Source: Callorhinchus milii (Eukaryota). From it: DNA of 64,000 nt. Positions 37,096 through 48,694 of the stretch are shown piece after piece (position 1 is the first letter of the stretch; every line of letters begins with the position of its first letter). The stretch covers positions 103,046,001 to 103,110,000 of the forward strand of contig NW_024704743.1 of NCBI RefSeq assembly GCF_018977255.1. Direction: 5' to 3'. The notes under the pieces are model-generated. The model had not been told where the DNA came from. It made no database searches and saw nothing but the letters and a program-made list of their open reading frames with translations. A program made the position numbers and the translations under genes.

Positions 37096-39074
37096 GTTGG
37101 AACTGATGTTGTGGGACATTTATATGAGTGCTTGTTTGTGGAATATCATCTTGATTCAACACAGCAAAATTGTTAACCCATTATTGTGCAAATTTAAATT
37201 TAAATGCTGCAATCCACAGACTCACTCAGTGAGTCCAATAACTGCCAACATTGTAACTTGAAAATATTATGGAGTTTCTCCCGTTGCCTTGGCCAACAAT
37301 CACCCAGATAAAATTGATCATTCACTTCATGGCTGTTTATTAGATATTGCTGTACACAAATTAGCTGTCGTATTCGTCCACAAAATATACACTTTATAGT
37401 AAATGCTATGAAATACTAAGAAGTCCTACTAACGTGAAAGAGTCATACCAAATGCAAGGATGATTATTATTTACTATTATTATATCTATTACAGTTTTGG
37501 GTGGTGGGATCATGAACTAGTCTTATTAACTGCCTTGTTGACTGGATATATCAATGATGTGATGACGGTCACACATTACAAGTTGCAATGTCACCCCATG
37601 TGTTTAAGATTTATTACCGACTAAACTAGGTCGATAAATTAGAAATGATGGGGGGTAAAAATCACTGCCCAATATTGGCCTCAATTTCTAAACTCATTCT
37701 TCAAAATTAAAGGACTGATCACCAAAATTAATGACTATTATTCTCCACTTCTCAGTAAATTTACACAACTTCAGCAGCAATAATAGGTTACAACCCTCTA
37801 ATACACTTACATTTATTTATGCAGCATTTTAGAATGCCCAGAATTTGGCAACTTCTTAATTTTGAAGGTGATTATTTTAACAACTACGGAAAATAATCTT
37901 ACAATGTTAGGATTGGATTCAATAATTTGCCAAAATTCTAGATGTCCTGAAATGCCAAGCCACTAAGAGTAAATTTAGATCCTGATGGAATTTCTTCTCT
38001 GCAGTCTTTTACTACAGATTATTTTAAATCAAAGTATTTTAAGTGTTGCCTGTGATGTATTTAAAGTCATGTTGGAAATTGAATTCAAACTTTCGGGAAT
38101 AATGCTTGACACAGAATACTCTGAGAATGCATGAAAACTACAAAGGTTGGGAAATCACTATTTGAATTGGAACATTGTTCCCCTATCAGTGATTTTGGTG
38201 AACCATAATTTTAATTTTCAGTAACAATTTCAGCATTTGGATTTGGAAATTGGGAAGAATCCATTTGTTCAAACCATGAAATCTGTCCTATAATTTAATT
38301 TTGTGGACATTCACCTAATCACGTTGTCAAAATATCCCAAACAGTAAAGTAAATTAAGGAATCGTATCCAATATTGCTGTGAATAAATTGGCTGCTATGT
38401 TTGCCGATATACAATACAATCAATTCCCCATCACAATAAAAATCCTATGAAGTGCTTGAGACTTTGTGGTGAGATAAGGGTTCATATCAAATGGAAGAAT
38501 TATTACTATAATTTATTTTCTCATCCAAAACTCCGCCACCCGCATACTCATCCATACTAAACCCATATGCCCATCATATCAGCACTAACCAGGTTCCAAT
38601 TGCTCCCTATCATCAAGCGGATCAATTTCATGATCCTCACACTAGTTTTCAAATCCCTTCATGCCCTGGCACCTCCCTAACTCTCTGACCTTCTTAGATG
38701 TTGATTTGTGTTACAAAAAACTTGCCAAATGCATTTATGTTAATGAGCTTATTAATAGTACAGTAACATACCATCAAAATAAAAACTGCAGTACAATTTC
38801 AAGCAGTCATCATATCTTCAAGTTTCTGATGTCTTATGTCCTTAGGGTTAAGACCATTGTTTTAAAATGTAAGAACATGCAGAATCATGAGAATTAAACC
38901 TTTAATTCAGTCTTAATATTATTAAATTATTATTTATTTAGTGCTTATTTCCTGTAGTGTTTGGGTTCTGAAGAAAGCCAGACTTTCAAATTAAAATTTA
39001 GTTTAACTTTTTTCTAAAAAAATTCCACACAATCATTTTTTTTAGGGAAACAGGTATGGTAAAGACAGTAAGTA

Positions 39075-39620
39075 TTTTCAGTCTGACTCAATTGGTAGCC
39101 CTCTCACCTCTGAGTCAAAATATTGTAGGTTAAAAGCCCTGTGTCAGGACTTTGAACTCTGCCTAGGCTTACATTCAGTACAGTGTTGGGGAAGAGCTAC
39201 ATTGCCAGAGCTGCCTGCATAATAATAATCCTTGCATTTGATATAGCACCTTAGAACGTTGTTGAGATATACTGCAAAGTGTACTTTTTGACCATGTATT
39301 TTGTGGCCAATTTGTGCACTGCAAAAGCCCACAAACAGCCATGGAGTGAGTGACCTTCAATTAATATTTAAAACTTAGGCCATGTCTGTCTGTTCAGATG
39401 CCACAATATTATTTGAAAAGAGAAGGGATTTTCCCCAGTATCCTGGACAACAATCCCCCAGGTAAAATTTGTCACTTCTGGCAATTTGTGGGACATTGTG
39501 TGTGAATTGGTTACTGTGTTGAACTACAAAATTCACATTTTACAGTAAATCCTGTGAAGCACTTTAAGACATCCTCCCAACATGAAAGGCGTCATATCTA
39601 ATGTATGTATTATCATTATT
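39075..39620 (+). mobile_element. DeuSINE copy with an inverted SINE tail nested at 39220-39360
   Basis: Head tcagtctgactcaattggtagccctctcacctctgagtc; the body resumes after the insertion. Confidence 0.75.
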
Positions 39621-41489
39621 ATATTCATACATCCTGAATCTATTGCACACAAGTAAAGAGATATGCGAAGACAAAGCAATGCTGCATTGATTCTCTGATA
39701 AAATATTTGCTTTCTACAGGGAGACATTTGCTCATAGAGAGCATTTTATGGTGTGATCTTGAGGGGTTAAAATGAAATATTCACTTAGATTACAGTGAAT
39801 GGTAATCTTAACTGTAAACTATTGCAAGACACATTTGGGTAAACTCCCTGCAAATGAATTCAGATTCTAATTGAGTACCAATTTTTGCATTTCAAAGGTT
39901 GTTTTGTTGTCTACTAAATGTCACACATTAATGGGAAAATGCTAATAACACAGTAATTATTATTTAATTTGCAAGCTAAAAACTATTTTTTTTACTCGAA
40001 ATAAAGTCGAGCTTAATTGACTTAGCCAAATGTATCCCATTCTTATAGAATTGTAATAGATTTTTGGAATGATCAGTTCTAAATAAATAACATAGTTATT
40101 TACTATCTTCTAGCGCTGGAGATGAGTCAGCTGTTGATGCTCTTTGAAACACTGTCTCAATGTGAAAGGTGCCAAATAAAGGATCAAGTAAAATTACAAA
40201 GGCCAAATCCGAAATCTTATTTTTGCTATATAAAAAACATTTTTAAAATTTTAAAACATAATTGCCATTTTCGTGCACATGGGAAAGTAGCATTGTTTGT
40301 TATGTCAAATGAGGGAAGTCTGAAGTTGAATGATATACTTTGTACCTCCATGTGATAGATATGCTAAGGATCCCGTTGGAAGGCTTAGGAGCATAACTTG
40401 TGTTCAGATGCATAGAAACAATATATAACATGAAGACACAAGTTTAGGGTTGCAAAAGATATTTTCAGGACAGACACCAGTTTCTTTACCCAGCAGGTAA
40501 TCAGTCAGGTTACCCAAATTTTGGTTGGGGGCTAGAATGTCAGAAATATTTTTTTTAAAACTGTTTGATCCTGTGTCTGGAAAACGGTAGGGTAGATATT
40601 CTAGAAAGATGAGATCAAATGGGTCAAAAGGCCTTCTTCATTCACACAATTCTTGGTGATCTTGTGAAATCAGCACAAGCATAAGTAGCATTCTCCTCTT
40701 GTCTACCACAAAGAATTTAATGCAGCATCACAAAATGGGGAATGCCAAGAGAGAGGAGCTTCCTTTGTGGGTAAAGCATTGAGCACAGGTGAGCTCAGAG
40801 GAAAGTCACTTGTTAAGGGACAAGTTGTAATGGACAGCTTTTAGCACTGAGCAGGAGAAGACGTAGACTTCAGTAGCATTGCTTTGCATAAGATGTTGGC
40901 TCCCTAGAAATATCATCTCCAGCAGTCATTTTGCAGGCTGGGGAGAATGCATTAGTTCACCTCCTGGGCATGATATCACATGCAATGTTTGAAGGCATAT
41001 GGCAGAGAAAATCTTCTGCATTCACAGTCCATAGGCCAGGTTGCGAAGCAGTCCATGAACTTCTATAATCTGCTTTAGTTGCAATGGGAAATCTTATCAA
41101 AGAGTTAGTAAGGGCCGCCTTTGACTTGATTGAAAAATGGTTTCAGATGTCCATTGTAAGGAGATTCAGTGTTGTGAATATCATTAACAGAAGAGATCTA
41201 GCAGTGGTATCAGTGTCTTGGCACGGTGACAAATATAGTGCACTCAGAATATTAGCAGCTCTGTGGCAGCAAAAGCCTTGCATTAATGACAACTAGAGTA
41301 GTCTCAACCATCACAATGCCCAAAGCAGTCGTCAAGCCTTGACCCACCAGCACTGTTGGATTGACCTCAGAACTGCTACGTATTGGCTGTGTGACTAATA
41401 TTATTTAGCAAAAGCAAAACTAGATGTTCAGTCCGTGACGACCTGAAGGTAGGAAGCTGTAGCTTCCTATAACATCAGTTACACAAGAA

Positions 41490-41895
41490 AACCATGACAA
41501 ATCATCCAGTCCATCCGAAGAATCCTGTATAATTCAATGCCACAAGTTCCTTGCAACTTGCTGAGAGTACAGTTTCAGCTCTATCCGTCTCTCATTGTCA
41601 GTATCTCCTTGCCACACTAACCTCGTTGATGATGCTCCCTTTGCTCAGGGATCACTGGTTGGTTAAACTGTTTCCTGCCCCGTCCTGCCCACCATCAGCG
41701 GCTAGGCTTCCAGCCATTATGTTCCCACTTTCTGGAACTCTATGCCAATTCCCTCAACTTCCACCTTCTCCTCATTCAAAGCACATCTCAAAATGTATGT
41801 TTTTAACATACTTCCCACCCCCGGGTCTGGTGGCTATCATGAGTGTAAAGTCCTTTGAGACTATCAAGGAACTATTTGAATGTAAATTGTACTGT
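41490..41895 (+). mobile_element. Old L2-like 3' fragment
   Basis: ttccagccattatgttcccactttctggaactctatgcc resembles the AFS..AP.LWNSLP motif. Confidence 0.55.
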
Positions 41896-42480
41896 ATTGG
41901 ATGTACATATGTCCCGATTCAAACTGCTGCAATCTTTTTGATTTTCTCTGGAGCCCACTGAGTACTTTACATCACCAGACCTTGTTCGCCTAAACCTTGG
42001 TTCAAAGTTGGAAGAGTTTCACAAGATCACCAGTTATCACAAGAGAGATTTGAATAAAGAAAGCCCTCAGCCTATGTGATCTCATCCTTTCAGAATACTA
42101 ACCTTACTATCTTCCCATGACAGCATCATTGGGGAGAAATTTGCTCAGTTTGGATCACCTTACCCATCAGAGCTTTGAATTGAAGGGTTAACAGCAGCAG
42201 AATCGAAAAAAATCCTTACACCCAGTGACTGGTATATCAGAACAGAACACATAGAAAATCATACCTTCTGGTAAATAAGTTCCCAATGCGCTTGTGCCAT
42301 TTGAACATGAATGGACACTGGATGTAATTCTCTTCAACTCATTCTATTGTGAATATGTCAACATTGACTGTTTACTTTGCCCTTGGCAGAGCATTTCCCC
42401 CTTAATACTGTATCCGAAAACAGAAAAAAAACACTGCTGACCCAGAGAAGAATTTTTATCAGTACATTTCTTACGCTCAC

Positions 42481-42501
42481 CATCAGAAATATTTTCACTA
42501 C
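42481..42501 (-). CDS. Candidate 21-nt symmetric microexon (VVKIFLM if phase 0)
   Basis: tttattttctgttgttgcctatgttag|GTAGTGAAAATATTTCTGATG|gtgagc; the phase-0 reading would join the exon at 34026. Confidence 0.2.
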
Positions 42502-42699
42502 CTAACATAGGCAACAACAGAAAATAAATACTGTATATTTTATACATATATTTGCTTGCGATGGGTCATCATTTCCTTAACCTTAGCGTATGAGCAACTA
42601 AATGGAATTTTGTTATCAATAGCACAAAAATGTTATTTTTGTATGGTGTCAGTTTGGAGTCAGAGAAGACAGAATAGACAGACACAGAGAAAATCATAT

Positions 42700-43050
42700 A
42701 GTTTGTTTGGGAATCAGCCATGTGTCTGACACATGGGGAAACGCATCACTATGCTTAAGAGTATCTAAACCAAACAGAGTTCCATGCATTCCACCTATAA
42801 ATGGAAATTCCAGAGTTATTTTTTGGGTAGGAATGCACTCTCTCTCCCTGGAGGAATGCAACCTGCTTACCTAATCTCAGAAAGTATTAAGCACAGGTTG
42901 GCAAGGCTTAGGGACTCTAGAGTGTGCATTGGGATACTGCTGGAGTCTAACTAGCTAAAACTACAGTTTGCCATTGCTTGTCCAGCTTGGACCACCCTAC
43001 GCTTCAGGGCTTTGCCTTGCAGGGTTAACGGGAACTGAATAGGAAGCTGA
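42700..43050 (+). mobile_element. Family X repeat, copy 6 (partial)
   Basis: gtgtctgacacatggggaaacgcatcactatgc...cctgcttacctaat...gagtctaactagctaaaa. Confidence 0.8.
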
Positions 43051-43249
43051 CAAGCTCAGGAAACAGATACTTAATATAGTATCCAAAATTGAAAGAAAAC
43101 ACAGCTGATCCAGAGAAAATTTTTTATCAGTACATTTCTTACTCTCATCAAGATGAGACTGCCACAAACGGCTGGTTTGATTCTGACACTCTGTTGTCAA
43201 GCATGTCACCTCGGAGCCCATTCAACTCCAAGGAGACCCCGCTTACCAA

Positions 43250-43810
43250 ATGCAGACCAAATGCAGATTGGGTGAGCACTTTGCTGAACATCTCTGTTCC
43301 GTCAGTAAGTGCAACCCTGAGCTTCCAGTTGTTTGTCAATTTAATTCTTCTTCACACTCTGATCTCTCTGTCCATGGCCTCCTACACTGTTCCAACAAAG
43401 AACACAAGCTCGAGGAACAGTAGCTCATCTACCTCCTAGCCACCTTACAGCACTCTGGGCCTCAACATTGATTTTAACCACTTCAGATCTTAAACACAGG
43501 CTCCCATTTTTTCTCAGCCTTGTCTTCCCATCTTCTATAACCATTAACACACACTCTAGGTCTCAGACATATCTTTCCTTTCTAAAATCTCCTCCGATTG
43601 CTTTCTTTTGTCTTGCATCTTCAACACCTCTCATCTCATCATCTACCTATTTTATTCCTTTTTCTTTACCCACCCCCTTCACTGTTTGTCCTTATAAATT
43701 GTTTTCTTCCAACATCCCCTAGTTCTCACGAAAGGTCATTGACCTGAAACGTTAACCCATTTCCTCTCTCCACAGCTGCTACCTGACCTGTTGAGTGTTC
43801 CCAGCAATTG
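43250..43810 (+). mobile_element. Penelope-like element 3' remnant (GIY-YIG endonuclease C-terminus plus pseudo-LTR)
   Basis: Translates QTKCRLGEHFAEHLCSV...LPVVCQFNS and KLEEQ*LIYLLATLQHSG(frameshift)LNIDF, followed by a pyrimidine-rich UTR and the typical tail gacctgaaacgttaac...ctctctccacag...tgacctg. Confidence 0.85.
43721..43756 (+). ncRNA. Minimal type I hammerhead ribozyme of the Penelope pLTR, with a mutated core
   Basis: agtt CTCACGA a aggtc att gacct GAAAC GTT aac; stem II intact, CUGA box reads CUCA. Confidence 0.6.
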
Positions 43811-45914
43811 ATGACCTTAGAATATGCTGACGTATTTATGATACAATTATAATGTTAATAAGAATGAATAACAGAAAATCTCATAAGCCATTTTGCCTGT
43901 AGGCATTGAAATGGAGAAGAGCGTGGGAGAAAGGATAAAACACCCAGAACACGTTTTGAGCACCAATAGTAAAAATATTCCCTCAAAAGGGAATGTCAAT
44001 GTGGAAATACAGTAGAAGCAGGGTATGTAATACAGTATATTATCTTCACCCACAAAAGACACACAGTAACATCACAATTTACGGTGTATTCTGTATGCCT
44101 TTGAGAAGTCTCAATGACATGATAAGGTGCTCTGTCAAATGCAATGATTATTATTCTTATCTTTCATAGTTTTCACTGAATTTGTTCCACGTTTTCAAGG
44201 TACAAAACCAGTAATGTCAGCCTGGCTCAGTTGGTGGCACTTGGCTCTGAGACAGAAGGTTGTGAGCTCAAGCCCCAATTCAAAGTCCTGGCCTGGAGCT
44301 TGAACTAACTGACTCAGAGGTGAGAGCTACCAATTGAGTGAGACTGACAAGCCAACATGTGCAACATGTTACTTGTGGTACATTTAGTGTTCTAGGCCCT
44401 ACAGGTGATAATGCAACATTTAACACACATTTTAAATGTATACTGCTGTGCTACTGATTTGTCTGCCTTTCTGCTAAGTGACGGTAATTAATAAAGATGA
44501 GTTTTGCTGCACCGTGAAGAAATAACTGCAAGCAGCGATTTCTTGAGGGAGGCAGAACAGAGCAGAACACACAATATGTTTTACTAGCAATTGTGTAGAA
44601 TTCCTATACGGATTTGGTTATCCTTATACAGATGTCTGAGGATAATTTACTGGAAAGAAAAGCATTTAAATATTGGATCAGCTGTAGGTTTATGCTTCTT
44701 TTTAGAATGGATGTGTGTGGAAGAGGGTAAGTTAAAGGAAACCTTCTTCTCCCCTTTAGAATGCACTTGTCACACATTAATCCCCAATTGACCTACTCCA
44801 TCAATGTTCTTCATCAGCCAGTTGCTGGAGACTCCCAAGAGCAGACTGAGATTAATTGTTGTTCAACCTTCTATCCCTCTCGGTCAGGAAATTGCCTTCC
44901 ATCTACTCAGCACCATCCCAATTGCGCTACTGAAATATTGTTTGTGAGGAATCGCAGAATAATAATTTCAGCTGCACCAAAGCAGTTGAACAAGTGGAAT
45001 AAAAGGTTTAGAGTTGCAAACATTAATCTCAGGACAAATACCAGAACATTTTTTTTTCCCCAGAAGGTTTAGAAGGAAAGGTTACTCCATAACCTTTCGT
45101 TCTAAAGCACAGCCAGTACACAATTCCACACTCCACAGTGTTAACCCAGCCATTTGCAGTTGGACATAAAACAAATTGTGACAGTCGATTTTCATTCAAA
45201 CTACAAATGAAGACATAGGTTGTAAAACAGCCAAGTGTTCAATTTATCATTTAGCATGAGTAGCACTAGGAGTATATTCTAAACTTTTTGCTACACTTTT
45301 GCATAAAATTCCATTTGGGAATTAAACGTGTTTCAGAATATGATGAATTTGGCAAAATTGTTGAATTCTGTTTTTAACTTTGAAGCCATTTGTTACAGTC
45401 CTGAAAAGAAATTCAAAGAACACCAGCTTCAAAATTAAAGACTAAGATTTTCACAAATTCCCGATGCTCTGTAATGCTACGGTAATAAAGTAAATCTAGA
45501 CCAAGCAGGAATTTTACTCTATTAGACCTAGTATTCCTAGCTTGTGTTAAGCTTTATGCATGATTCATAAAAGAGTAACAATCAACTGTGCAGATGCATG
45601 CTCCCCAACAAGAGCTATCGAGATATATTCTAATCCTTTTCCTCTGTTCATTTCCCAAACTTTTTGATGATTATTTTTCCCCAAGATTTTATACAATTCC
45701 TTCTAAACACTATCATTAACTCAATTGTAACAGCCATTTGTGTGAGTAAGTAGACTGCAAACATTGGGCTTTGTATCAGACATTGTAATTGAGACACTGT
45801 TTAAGTGAAAAACTAGTGTACAGTAACAAGTATAAGCATATACAAATTACTTACTTAACGAATGAAGTGAGACTTGGATGGATTAAAACCCTTTTTGAAT
45901 TCTTTATGTTTCAC

Positions 45915-46535
45915 AAATACAACAACAACCAAATTACATTTGTATAGTGCCTTTAACGTTGGTAGGAAGTTCCAAGGTACTGGACAGTGAGAGTTTCGGC
46001 CCCGAGCTGGAGGTCGGGATTGGGGAGGGTGAAGGGCAGGTGGGGAACTGGGGTGATTGAAAGCACGGTCGAGGAGGAGTGTCTTGAGATTGGTCTAGAA
46101 GGAGGCAAGGAAGGGGGAAAGTTGGAGGGATTGCAGGATGGAGTTCCAGAGGGTTGGGGAAGAGTGGCAGAAGGCCCATCCGCCAATAGTGGGGCGAGAG
46201 AGGGGGGTACGTGAAGCAGGCTGGAACCCACTGAGCGGAGGGAGCAAGCAAAATGATAGGGGGATAGGTCACAGAGTTAGGGGGTAGCAAGACTATGGAG
46301 GGCTTTGAAGGTGAGGACCAGGATCTTGAATTGTATCCTCTGTGAGATGGGAAGCCAGTGGAGTTGGGCAAGGATGGGGGTGATAGGGTCGTGGAGCCTG
46401 GGACGGGAAAGGACATAGGCTGCAGAGTTCTGGATGATCTGCAGCCTATGGAGGGAGGAGTTGGGGAGGCCGACAAGCAGTGAATTTGCATAGTCAAGCA
46501 TTGATGTAATGAAAGCGTGTATGAGGGTTTCGGTG
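45915..46535 (-). mobile_element. L2 LINE 3' end
   Basis: ETLIHAFITSMLDYANSLL...LHWLPISQRIQFKIL; (AAC)n tail. Confidence 0.92.
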
Positions 46536-47799
46536 ACGAATACAATATTCATTAGAAGAGTTTGAACCATAGGCTTGTTGGTCTATCACTATATCATGCA
46601 GACCAGAATGTTGAAGATTTAATTTGTGGTTGATTCTGATTTAGCTGAGAATATTTTTCTTCCATCCCTTTATGTAGTGGCCACATAGATCAACTGTACT
46701 CACTGTTCAGAGTTCACTCAATGTTGATTAACACAATCATGATCAAAGTGTTTGAAGACTCAGGGTGTGAAATAACTGTACAGATCTTGCCAAGATCAAT
46801 GATGTACTTTAAACATGTAGATGTTTAATTTACACCTTTTCTACAGGTGTTTGTGACCCGCAAAGCTACTGGAGATGACATACTCACTTAGCAGTTAGAT
46901 CTAAATGTCGAAGATAGAGGTATGGTGTACATATTTTGTCATGGTAATTTTCGCTACAGCAGTGGTAGTTAACAATTCCTAAAAATGCCATCCATTATGT
47001 TGTAAAACAAATCTGCTAACTTTCCACTACCCTCCCATTAACAGCTGAGTATGAAAGTGGGAGACCACATCTGTACGCTGTACTTCGGTTGTGGTTTTGC
47101 CACAGCTACAATAACAGCAACAAAAAAAATGCATTTAAATAGTCCCTTTCACATGGGGAGGATGTCCCAAGGTGCTGGACAGCGAAGAGTTTGCACCTGA
47201 GCTCAGGGTTGGTTTCAGAATGGATGGGGGCTAAGGGCTGCAATGGGGGATGAAGCGAAGAAGTGAGGGAAGGGGAGAGGATAAGAGTATGGCGTTCCAC
47301 AAAGTGGGATCAGATAGGCTGAAAGCATGACAGCTGATGATGGGACGAACAAGCTGGGGAACGTAAAGCTGGCCATTGCCTGGCAAGCAAAGGGAGCAGG
47401 CGGGCTGGAATGGTTTTAGAAGGTTGCAGAGGTTAAATGGGACCCTTGGAGGTATTTAAAAATGAGAATGAGGATCCTGAACTCGACTTTCTGGAGGATG
47501 GCAAGCTAGTGAAACCGGGCAAAGATGGGGGTGATTGGCTCACAGAGCCTAGTGCAGGAGAAGAGACAAGCTGCACAGTTATGGATGTTCTGCAGCTTGT
47601 GAAGGGAATTGTTGGGACATCTGGTGAACAGAGAGTTGGCATACTCTTGCCTAAATGTAATAAATGCATGGATAAGGATCTCATGTCCTGAGGGGAGAAT
47701 AGTGGCAGAGGCAGGGAATGTTGTGGAGGTGGGGGAAAACTGAGCAGGTCAGAGTACGGATAGGGCTTTGAAGGACAGTGGAGAGTCAAACAAAGCACT

Positions 47800-48496
47800 T
47801 GTTAGAAAATAAAATCAGCCAAATCTGCAAGGAAATAACGCTAATTCCTCTAACCAGATATCAGACTGTTTTATTATAATTCGTTCGTTATTCCCCAATA
47901 TCCCGATGGGTCAGACCAAAGGCCAGTACAATCAACAGATCTTATAACAGAATAACACTACTATAGATATCTCGAGTTCAAGAGTTCAACACTGTGTCTT
48001 TACAGCACACAAGCTTGATTCTTCATGCTTTCAGTCTTCTTGCTTACAGCTTCCAATCTTCCATCTGATATCCTCAGTCTTAGTGTTTCCAGCTCTCAGT
48101 CTTCCATCTCCGTACCCTTGTCTTCGCAGCCCGGGATGGCTCCATCTCCCGTATTCTTGTCTCCGCGACCCGGGACGGCTTCATCTCCCGTATCCTTGTC
48201 TCCGCGACCCGGGACGGCCCGGTACACAAAGTTATCGGAACTCTTATACCAATATTCATCCAATCATGGTGCGGACATTAGATCACCTGGTCGAAATTAT
48301 GCTGGGTTCACGTGAACACCTCATGGGGTGTACATGCCTCACACACACAAACATACTGTCCTTGAGACAGTCCGTTATCTCGTGTACGTGTAGGGAGTTT
48401 CAGTCCAGCTGCCCACAACACACTTAACTTAAAAGTTAACTTGTTCGCAACATCTATTATGATTCTAACATTATACAAAAAGTGTAAATTCTAACA
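47800..48496 (-). mobile_element. Solo LTR (ERV1- or Gypsy-type), inserted into an L2 fragment
   Basis: Ends TGTTAGAA...TTCTAACA; 4-bp target-site duplication CACT on both sides (47796-47799, 48497-48500). Minus strand has TATAA near 48246 and AATAAA near 47873. CpG-rich; L2 sequence resumes on both flanks. Confidence 0.85.
48101..48219. repeat. Minisatellite, about 3 x 39 bp, inside the LTR
   Basis: Unit CTCCATCTCCCGTATTCTTGTCTCCGCGACCCGGGACGG repeated with few changes. Confidence 0.9.
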
Positions 48497-48694
48497 CACT
48501 GCAGTTTCACACTGGCTCCATGTCAGTGTGCATCCATACAGATTGATGCTGTCAGTGCCTGAGGTGAGAAGGCGCTAACAGGAGCCAAGTAGGAGAGCAG
48601 AGAAATCAGCTTTCATTCGTAACTTGAAGACTGACAGGCAATCAGTCAGAATAGCAGTTGTTTTGGAATCAAGAGTGGAGGCAGAGAGATATCA

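Larger units (their letters stand above)
47105..48690 (-). mobile_element. L2 LINE fragment interrupted by the solo LTR
   Basis: L2 3' end at 47105-47799; upstream L2 sequence resumes at 48497. Confidence 0.8.

Noticed and set aside
45934..46545. Longest ORF in the track (203 aa)
   Set aside because: It is an off-frame reading of an L2 3' end.
48101..48219. CRISPR-like array
   Set aside because: Tandem units without unique spacers, inside a eukaryotic LTR.
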